Shown: positions 54,129-64,000 of the stretch, one piece after another
Layout: each line of letters starts with the position of its first letter
Numbering within the stretch: position 1 is the stretch's first letter
NCBI GenBank assembly: GCA_039096225.1
Contig: JBBPEB010000009.1
Location: forward strand, 1,678,579-1,742,578
Reading direction: 5' to 3'
Source of the DNA: Blastocystis sp. Blastoise
Lineage: Eukaryota; Protista; Bigyra: Opalinata
Length of the DNA: 64,000 nucleotides
Notes under the pieces: generated by a model
Databases searched by the model: none
What the model was told of the DNA's origin: nothing
The model's input: the letters and a program-made list of their open reading frames with translations, nothing else
Made by a program: the position numbers and the translations under genes

Positions 54129-55723
54129 GTGAGTCTATATCAATTACATTATCTTGAATTTCGTCATTATTCTTGTTAGAATTGAATTTATAAGATTGAT
54201 TATTATTTATCTTAATAGAATCATATTCTTTATTATCTATAGATTTCTTTTTTATTTTTATATTTTTATGTAGAATCGGTGAAAGAAATGATGCTTCAAT
54301 AGGAAATTTATGACAAACAGGTAATTGTTTATTTGTAGAATTGGGATTACATTGATTATTTAAATTATTATTAGATATAGTAGATTTAATAGAATTATTA
54401 GAAATTGATATAGGTGGAGAAGGAGATGAATGAAAATTATTGATAGATGAATTATTATTATGATTATTATTAAAAGTTGATATAGGTGGAGAAGGAAATG
54501 AATGAAATTTATTGATAGATAAATCATTATTATTATTATTAGAAATTGATATAGGTGGAGATAGAGATGAATGAGATTTATTGATAGATGAATTATGATT
54601 ATGATTATTATTAAAAATTGATATAGGTGGAGAAGGAGATGTATGAAATTGATTAATAGATGAATTATTATTATTATGATTATTATTAAAAATTGATATA
54701 GGTGGAGAAGGAGATGATATAGAAGATGGAGATGAATTAAATTTATTGATAAATGAATTATTATTATGATTATTATTAAAAATTGATATAGATGGAGAAG
54801 GAGATGAATGAAAATTATTGATAGATGAATTATTATTATGATTATTATTAAAAATTGATATAGGTGGAGAAGGAGATGATATAGAAGGAGATGAATTAAA
54901 TTGAATAGAATGAATAGAAGGAGATGAATGAAAATTATTGATAGATGAATTATTATTATTATGATTATTATTAAAAATTGATATAGGTGGAGAAGGAGAT
55001 GATATAGAAGATGAAGATGAATTAAATTTATTGATAGATGAATTATTATTATTATGATTATTATTAAAAATTGATATATGTGGAGAAGGAGATGATATAG
55101 AAGGTGAAGATAAATTAAATTGAATAGAATGAATAGAAGGAGATGATATAGAAGGTGAGTAATATAGATCACTATTCATATATAATGGATTAGGGTCTTT
55201 AGATAAAGGACTAGGAGGAAAAGAAGAACAAGAAGAAGAATCATCGATCAAAATTGTATTAACTATATATATTATTTATGAAATGAAAATTATATTATTA
55301 TTAATGTATATATATATATATATATTACAATTATTATTTAATATTTTTTTATTTTGTTTTTGAAATTTATTGTTATTTGAAGATGAGATTTCTATTTTAT
55401 TATAATATTATTATAGTATATATATACTTTTTTTAGGTGTACTTGATTGACGAGTTTTTTCATAAGTAGAATCAATAGATAATTGTTGAGTTTCTAGTAT
55501 ATCATTTTTAAAACGATTGTTATTTTTTTTGATTTTATTATTTTTAGTATTCGCTATAATTTTAATAATTGATATATAGATTTATTAATAATAATATATA
55601 AAATATTTTTATATTTATATTAGATACAATCAAATTGATTAATACTTATTTGGTTTTGCTATATAAAAATAAATAATTTATTTATCATGTATTATGTATA
55701 TTATATCATACAATTCTTTTCAT
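48438..55723 (-). CDS. Intron-rich tyrosine recombinase protein (Crypton-like or domesticated) with repeat-rich linkers and a possible degenerate Ulp1/C48-like C-terminal domain
   Basis: About 20 GT-AG introns splice in frame from ATG 55723 to TAA 48438; the junction at about 54077 needs the second of two adjacent AGs. Catalytic motifs occur in order: GCPLRNNDI (R, 52379-81), TGSKNG (K, 52277-79), GYSYRHCFATW (51907-21) and SCHHTNDVHDKYY (H...Y, about 51802-51835). Confidence 0.8.
50280..50720 (-). repeat. 63-bp (21-aa) coding minisatellite NLSNTSINYNNSSYPISNNNH
   Basis: About 5 near-identical units plus degenerate flanks in exon 49608-51179. Confidence 0.9.
51190..51395. repeat. (ATATGA)n microsatellite in an intron, itself duplicated
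   Basis: TATGAA hexamer runs seen directly. Confidence 0.85.
54400..55160 (-). repeat. Coding repeats SPSPPISIFNNNHNNNNSSINKFHS (about 9-10 imperfect units)
   Basis: Visible in ORF 54079..55251. Confidence 0.88.
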
Positions 55724-55816
55724 TACTATTAAATAAGAAAAATAAATATTGTTATTTATAACTAATTTTTTTCTGAATAGTTTTTTTTAATCAATTATAT
55801 TTTAATATAAAATAAA

Positions 55817-55980
55817 AACTGTAAACAAACTGTATATTAACTGTATATTAACTGTATATTAACTGTATATTAACTGTATATTAACTGTAAATAAACTATA
55901 TATTAACTGTAAATAAACTGTATACTAAATATAATTAAACTGTATACTAAATAAAATTAAACTGTATATAAACTGTATAC
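55817..55980. repeat. 11-bp tandem repeat AACTGTATATT upstream of the recombinase ATG, probably within a 5'UTR intron (55726-55980)
   Basis: About 12 AACTGTA cores. The minus strand has GT at 55980 and AG at 55726-7. Confidence 0.75.
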
Positions 55981-58900
55981 AAAATTTTTCTGATCAACGA
56001 ATGGTTTATATATATAGGATTTAAATATATTTTTAAATATAATTATTATATATATATATGTTTTTATATATCGTACATTATTTTTTTCCAGTTTAACACA
56101 TTTAGAATATAAATTTATAAAAACTTAATTATTTGAAAAATAAAATAATTAATACTAACCCTGTTGATACGATGACAATCAGTATCAGTATCATTTCTAT
56201 TGTTAATTATATTTATTTTTTATTGATGATTATATATATATTGTTTTTTATTTATGTATATAGTATATACTTTATAAGTCAAAAGAATAATATTAAAAAT
56301 TAATTAAAAATTTTATAAGAATATCATCTATATTATGACTTATTCTCTTTGAATATGGTAGTTCTTTGATATATGACACCATTTTATTCTATGTATATAA
56401 TCTAAAGATTATAAATATATAGATGAGATTCATTTAAATATCATATTTCAGGATATAGAGCATAAAATTGTCGATGAAAAATTATAAAAAATCTTGCATC
56501 AAAAATCATTTTTTTCAATCATAATTGATCCTATCAACTCATTCACACAAATTATAACACTTTTAAAGCTATATTATATATATACATGCTATTTAGATAT
56601 TTCTTAGTAAATATGTTTCTTTAAAATATACAAGTCAAAGAAAATCGTTTAAGAAATCGATAGTCTAAAAAATAATATCATAAAAAAGTCATAACCACAT
56701 TTATTGATTATATTTCTAGCACTTTTAAATGCTATATATATTTATGACACTGTTGTTATTCTATAATAAAAGAATTATTATTATTAAATAAAAAATGATA
56801 GAGGTATATGACTTTTATTAAAGAGAGGCAAAAAAAAATTAAAAAAACTTAAATTTCTTCTTTTCATTTTTGATACCCTAGATAATGAATTTTGAAGCAA
56901 ATCTGTTCGTATGCATTTAATACATGATATAGCTTAGTAATAACTAAAAATAACAAATTTAGAAGACAAAAAAAAACAACATATTGCATTTTGACCCAAT
57001 GTCGACTTGTCAAGATAAATCTATTAAAGTGTTATTTCTTATGTATGGACAATGCTGTATATGAATATAAACGATATAAAGCCATTTAACAACATTATCC
57101 TAGTTAAAAGACCCTTTTTCCAATCTTGCCAAAACTGATTCATTTTGTGCGAAAATTTTTATTTTTTTAATTGCTACTTTTCTCAATGATGGATTGTCGT
57201 TATATTATGTTTGACACCAAAAAATATATCTACGTTTTATAAACTTTATATCTAGTATGCTTTTATATTATTATTCTGAAAATGGAAGACACTATTACAA
57301 TAACAAGATTAAAAAAGTGATTGATCATGATTTTTAAATAATCAATGCTACTGATCTCATTTTTGAACTAATATGTCTTAAATATATAAAATATGTATCT
57401 ATATGTTATCCTTATTCGATATTGGTGTCTTTCATATATATTTAATATATTTTTATTGGTGAATGAGTTAAAAGAAACTTGAGTATGCAAATTAATCTTT
57501 TCTAAAAATTTCAGTTTTTTAAATCTCATTCGTAAGTACTCATTTAAGTTATATTTAAAAATTATGAATATACATATGTGTACTAGATCATTATTACTAT
57601 CTATTTGATATACATATATGTTTGAATAAGGACGTTTTTCAAAACTGATGTAAATGCTGACTCAAGTAGAAAAGTATAAGTGTGTTATTCTAAACACATA
57701 TCATATGTATTTTAGTTTAATACACATTTTAGAAAGCATTTGGCACAGCATTCTCATTTCGAAATGTTAATTTTTCACTTTTAAAGAATCTAGTTGTAAG
57801 AAAATGTTCTACAGGTCAAAATATCTACAAAAAGTAAAAAATTGTGAATATTAATATTGTTTAATAGTGACTAAAAAGAAAATAAAAATAAATTGAAAAA
57901 CAAATTATTTAAATAAAAAATAGAAAATAAAGAATTCTAAGAGATTTCTAGAATTCTAAAAGAAATGAAGAGAAAAACAGTCAACAATTTTAGAGTCATT
58001 TCAAAAATCAAAAATTTAATTAGAAAAAACAATATTTTTAAATGAAATATAGTTTGTTTTCAATACTTTATTATGCTATATGTAATCTTATATTTAGTAA
58101 AAGCTCGTTTAAACAGTCATAGATACCTATATAAATTTATATGAAAAGTCATTCTTATATTATTTTTCTTAATTAATTATATGACTTTTTTTGAACACAA
58201 TATTTGACCTCATAATTGAGTATATAATATATGTCACATATCAAGTGTATTCAATCAAAACCTAAAAATATATTTTAATTGCTTTGAAGAATAGAAATGA
58301 CTTGAAGATTTACTTGTTTTGTTATTTTAATAGAAATTAGATTTTAAACAAAAATATCATACTAATATATAAAAGATGATATGTAACTAAATATGAAAAC
58401 TATATTTTTGATATTATTTATTATATAATCGTTGAATGAGAAGAGTTTGTTTCTTTTTCTTTCTTTCACTTTTTATTCTTATATTTTAATTTCATTAGTT
58501 TATGTTATATTGATGATAAATACTATTGTAAGGTAATTTAAAAAATATATCTTTAAGTATACAATTAAGAAATAATAGGCTCATTCTTGTTAATTTAACT
58601 TTCATCAAAATTTTATATATCAAAAAATTGTTTATTATATATTTTGCTATGTCTATATAGTCATCCACCTTCTTTCACTTTTTTTCATTAAATATTTTTT
58701 TATTTTCAAATATTAAACAAACAGAATTTAAACTCATTCTTAAGACATCCAACATTTGTAAATATATATTTCCTTAAAACATTCACAAGAGTTATTCATT
58801 GTTTTAGTTTCATTCAAATCAATAAAAAATATTTCAATAATTTGTTTTTATTTTCTAATATTCTCTTATAATCAAGTATTAAGTGTTGTTTTACAAATTG

Positions 58901-61789
58901 ACTAATAATCATCTTTTGTATTCATAGACTAAACGATATATTATATATTTCTATATCTATTGATAGTGTTTTATTCATGTATGATATTCTTAAATTATTA
59001 TATATTTTAATTTTAAGATATATTCATTAAATTTAATTCTTAATCTTTTTTGTTTTGTTTTATTATCAAAGAATAAAGATATTTTATTTTATATATAACA
59101 TTGAAACATTGTTAGGAAGCTAAACAAGTAATTTTTAAATAATAGTTACTAAAGCAAAGACACTTAAACAACACATTTGTTTTATAACAAAAAATATAAA
59201 GTTATTTATTTTATATACTCACACCTTATTCCAATATACATATTATTATAACATACTAATATACTATAATGAATGATATATTATGTCAATAGTCTCTGAT
59301 GAAATATCATCATATTTTCAACATAATGATAAACAACAATGTATATAAACAATATTCTTTTTTTTTTGAAATTTCTTGTAAGTATTAAAGTTAATTATAT
59401 GTAGCTATTATAGAATAAAAAGATATATATCAACAAATAAAGTCATTAATATAGTATTAGAAAGGATGTTTTTGATGAAATTTTTTTTAGTTTTGAAAAT
59501 TTTTGGGTTTTTGAAATGACTTTTAATTTTATTTTTGAAATATAAAATAAATTAGTATTAAAAAAGAAATTTTTTTAAGAAAATATTTTTGTAAATTATT
59601 TTTTTTGACTTTAAGCGTCATGAATTGATTTTTTAAATATGTGCTACAATAAATATAATTTTTATAAATTTTATTAATAATGATGATTAATAAATTATTA
59701 ATTAAAAAGCGTTATTTTTTATATACTGATAACCAAATACCTATTTTTCTTATTATTTTTATTATATAGAGAGATATAGATGAGAATTTTAATATTCAAT
59801 AAATATATATATATATATATATATTATTATAGAATAGATTCTTATCATTTTGAAATATTTATGTATATATAAGATATAAAAAATAATTATTCTTTGTGTC
59901 CTATAAATATATTTTTTATTAAAATGTTCTAGTGTTATATATTTCAATAAATATTTATATTAAATTATAATACATAAAATCTATATATGTGTTAATATAA
60001 AATCACAATAGATCCAAATACTATATTTGTATTTATTATATAATGATAATATATATATATATTGTTTTATAAAATATATGTTTTAATTATATTATATATA
60101 TATATTTATTAAATGAATTTATAATTTATATTTGTATTATATGGTTTTTAATTTATATTATATTTATTATAGATTGAATTATTTTATCAATATTTAAGTA
60201 TTATTGAATGAAAGATAAAAATTATTTTTTAATTATATTATATATATATATATATAAATTCATTTATTTATTTATATAATAAGCTAACTCTTTTTTTAAA
60301 TGATATTTATATTTATTTATAATCTATTTTTATAAATTATTTCTTTATTAGATATTCTATTAATAATATGAAATACGAAATATATATACTAATAATATAT
60401 TACTCTTTGAATGAAACTTTTGTATTTATTAAAATTAATTGATTTTTTTTTAATATCTTTAATGCGATATAATTATATAATTATGTGTTATTGATAAAAA
60501 TGTTTTTATTATAATTAAGTGAAGTTAATAAAAAAGACGTATATTTCAATTTTAGAAAATATTAGATAATTTGATTCTATAAATTAGATATATAATATAT
60601 TAATAAAAATAATTTTATTTTTTGAATATATATATTAAAAATAATAAATTCTAAATAAATTTCTGATTATATTTTATATAATAATAGTTAGTTTACATTT
60701 AATATAATGAATTTTATATAACTATCATTATTTAATAATAAATAGTGTTATTTGTTAACGTAAAAAAAGATTATATACAAATATTTATTAATTAATGAAT
60801 ATTTATTGTATAATAGATATTTTATTTCTTTTAATGAAAATAAATATTAATTTATGAATGATATATTTTAATTATCAAAAGTAGTATTGAGAATGATTAT
60901 AAATGAGAGTTTATATTGAATAGTAATTATAAAATTATATTTAAATACTTGAATAATATATAAAGATAAATATTATATATGAATTAATCAAAAAATTAAT
61001 ATTTAGTATTTGAATTGATCAATGTTATAAATATTCATATATAGTTAGTACTATTTTATATATAAATATATAATAGCTAATTATGATAATTATATATATA
61101 TACATATAAATTCATTATATATGTAAATATATATTTGAATAATAGAAAAAATAGGATAGAAATTATTTAGTTTATTGTATATTTAAATAATTATAAATAT
61201 GCATATTATAAAATATTATTATTTTTTCTAGATATATAAATGAATATAATATATATATTTATATATAGAGAAGTAATAAAAAAAAAATTATTTGACTTTA
61301 TTTCTGGTTGTATGAAATATAGAATTCATAATGAGTAATAGAATTAGTAATGAATGTTTTATAAATTTTTTTATGCTATGCATTATAATTATGTCAATTA
61401 TTGCTGATATGATAGAATAATAATGAATATAAGTATATATAGGTATATATATATAAATATATTATAAAAAGTAATTTAAAAACACAAAAATCTTTTAGTA
61501 ACATATAATACATTTTGAAAAATTGATTTATTTGATAGTTTGATATGAATAGAAATAAATATTAGAATAAGTCATATGACTATTAATTGATAATATAGAA
61601 TTTTTAATTAATTTAAATAATTTGTATAATATTGACAATTAATCGCGATTATTTAATATTAATAAGATAATTATTACTTTAAGGTATTTTTATAGTCACA
61701 TTTTAGCTACAGTCACATAATTTTATATATATAAAATTTCTATATCAATAAATGGACACTAAAGACGACCTAGGAGTATATGATGTTAT

Positions 61790-62507
61790 ATAAGTGTTAA
61801 TAAAAAGTCTATATATATAATAACACTTTTTAGAGATAATTAGTCATTTGATATTATTCGAGTGACATTCTACATATTATTATGAAAAATCATGATTATT
61901 ATAGAAAGTGATTTATTCTAATAGATAATAACAGATTTATGATTATTTATGACAGATAAAGTATAATTAAATATATTCCCGTGATTATTTATGAAAATTG
62001 ATTATTTTTATAGATAATGATGCATTTATGATTATTTATGACTTATAGAGTGATATTTGATAAATTCCCATGATTATGTTATAAAAGGTATAGTTTTAAA
62101 GACAATGATAGATATATGATTATTTACGTGTTCGAGAGTGATATTTGATAAATTCCCATGATTATTTTTAAAATGGAATAGTTTTAAAGACAATGATAGA
62201 TTTATGATTATTTACGTGTTCGAGAGTGATATTTGATAAATTCCCGTGATTATTTTTGAAATTGAGATATTTTAACAGAAAATGAAAGACTTATGATCAT
62301 ATACGAAAAAGTAAGTATAGTCTGACATACCTAAAGGACTATTTTTGAAAATTAAGGGTTTTATAGATAACAATAGACTTATATACATATATGACAAATA
62401 AGTGTAACTTTATATATTTTTGCCATTTTTTATGAATGTTGAGTATGTCATACATAATAATAGATTTATGATTATTTATGTGTTCGAGAGTGTTATTTGA
62501 TAAATTC
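61790..62507. repeat. Subtelomeric 88-bp satellite, about 8 degenerate copies
   Basis: The TTCGAGAGTG-type core falls at 62043, 62131, 62219 and 62483 (multiples of 88). ATGATTATTT occurs twice per unit. Confidence 0.88.
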
Positions 62508-62522
62508 AGGTTAGGGTTAGGG
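62508..62522 (+). repeat. Interstitial telomeric seed AGG(TTAGGG)2
   Basis: Seen directly, abutting the truncated last satellite unit. Confidence 0.85.
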
Positions 62523-62613
62523 AAAAAAAAATATAATAAGAGAATAAGTTAATTTATGTTATAAAAATATATTATATTATAAATATAATTGGATAAAAAA
62601 AGATATTATTGAT

Positions 62614-63124
62614 TTAATTGGTAGTCTAGAATCGTAGAATCGTAGAGTCTACGATTGTACGATTGTAGGATTAAATAAACCAATAGAATAAGTTTAAAAA
62701 AAAATCAACCAAAATAGTATTAGGGTAAAAAAGTGAACCAAAATAGTATTAGGGTACAAAAATGATAGAATAAAGTGGTAATGTTTTAAAAGAAGTGTTC
62801 TCAAAATTTTATTAGGGTGAAAATAATTAATTTAATTGGTTAAAAAAATAAAATAAATTAATTGGGTATTGTAGAATTGAAAAAAGAAGAAAATAATTGG
62901 ATAAAAAAAGATTTATCCAATAAAAATAGAGTTTTTCATTTCTACAATCATAGAATCGTAGACTCTACGATTCTACGATTGTAGAATATAAGATAATGAA
63001 TTTGATTGGTAGTCTACAATCCTAGAATCGTAGAGTCTACGATTCTACGATTGTAGGATGAAATAAGCCAATAGAATGAATTAAAATAAAAAAGTCAACC
63101 AAAATGTTATTAGGGTAAAAAAGT
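62614..63124. repeat. Subtelomeric block with three long palindromes (about 62626-62668, 62941-62985, 63014-63057), CCAAT/ATTGG boxes and TATTAGGG motifs
   Basis: For example TCTACAATCATAGAATCGTAGA-C-TCTACGATTCTACGATTGTAGA. Segment 62614-62734 is duplicated at about 63001-63124. Confidence 0.85.
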
Positions 63125-63541
63125 GGTTGACCTTTTTGAGAGGTTTTAATATTTTACTTAACTTTTTTTGTTTTTTATTAAAGTTATAATGGTAATTCTT
63201 TTATTTTTATTTATTTAATGAATTCTATATATTTATTTTTATTTTTATAATGAAATATTATTTATATTAAATAATAAATAGACGCCATTCTTGGCTTGGG
63301 TTTGAATGTGTAGCTATTTATAGTGTTAGGATACTTGTGGTCTGTTGAAATGTGGTGTTATTCATGGATCTGTTTGAATTACTACGTTTGAAAAGGTTTA
63401 AGGTAAGAATGGGAAGATTTTAATTATGGTATATATTTTATTTTTATATTATATTATACTGTTATAATAGGTAAGATGCTGTATCGATGATGCTGATGTC
63501 TTTGAACGATAAGTTCAGACATCAGTATATTGTGTCGTTTT

Positions 63542-64000
63542 TTAGGTTTAGGTTTAGGGGTTAGGGTTAGGGTTAGGGTTAGGGTTAGGGTTAGGGTTAG
63601 GGTTAGGGTTAGGGTTAGGGTTAGGGTTTAGGTTAGGGTTAGGGTTAGGGTTAGGGTTAGGGTTAGGGTTAGGGTTAGGGTTAGGGTTAGGGTTAGGGTT
63701 AGGGTTAGGGTTAGGGTTAGGGTTAGGGTTAGGGTTAGGGTTAGGGTTAGGGTTAGGGTTAGGGTTAGGGTTAGGGTTAGGGTTAGGGTTAGGGTTAGGG
63801 TTAGGGTTTTAGGGTTAGGGTTAGGGTTAGGGTTAGGGTTAGGGGTTTAGGGTTAGGGTAGGGTTAGGGTTAGGGTTTGGGTTTGGGTTTAGGGTTAGGG
63901 TTAGGGTTAGGGTTAGGGTTAGGGTTAGGGTTAGGGTTAGGGTTAGGGTTAGGGTTAGGGTTAGGGTTAGGGTTAGGGTTAGGGTTAGGGTTAGGGTTAG
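63542..64000 (+). repeat. Telomere (TTAGGG)n, right chromosome end
   Basis: About 460 bp of TTAGGG running to the window end, G-rich strand oriented outward, with proximal variants (TTTAGG, TTTAGGGG). Confidence 0.99.

Noticed and set aside
56000-61700. Possible genes or a right-hand element terminus in the distal AT-rich region
   Set aside because: No ORFs of 60 aa or more, no consistent exon chain, and no convincing match to the 44.4-kb island motifs by eye. A computational search could still find weak remnants.
61790-62507. Regularly spaced repeats resembling a CRISPR array
   Set aside because: The whole 88-bp unit repeats degenerately with no unique spacers, the context is a eukaryotic subtelomere, and there are no cas genes.

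Overview
This is the right-hand end of a chromosome from a very AT-rich, intron-dense eukaryote. The gene families and short introns resemble Blastocystis-like stramenopiles, but that is inference only. From left to right: (1) core genes at 0.3-18.8 kb: CNOT11, a WW + SPIN90/Ldb17-domain protein, VPS51, a signal-peptide TPR protein and a low-complexity RING/partial-IBR protein. (2) A subtelomeric array at 20.6-43.5 kb in which two BTB-like gene families alternate three times; one BTB-TLDc copy is a pseudogene, and an intact 2044-bp pogo-like DD35D transposon with identical 154-bp TIRs sits in the array. (3) A 180-bp palindrome-packed GC island at 44.4-44.6 kb, followed by a decayed gene. (4) A roughly 20-intron minus-strand gene (48438-55723), fragmented in the ORF track, that splices into a tyrosine recombinase with repeat-rich linkers and a possible degenerate Ulp1-like C-terminal domain (Crypton-like or domesticated). 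(5) About 6 kb of non-coding DNA, an 88-bp satellite ending at an internal TTAGGG scar, three long palindromes with CCAAT boxes, a possible spliced telomere-directed RNA, and the terminal (TTAGGG)n tract. Exon structures were reconstructed by hand and no database searches were run.
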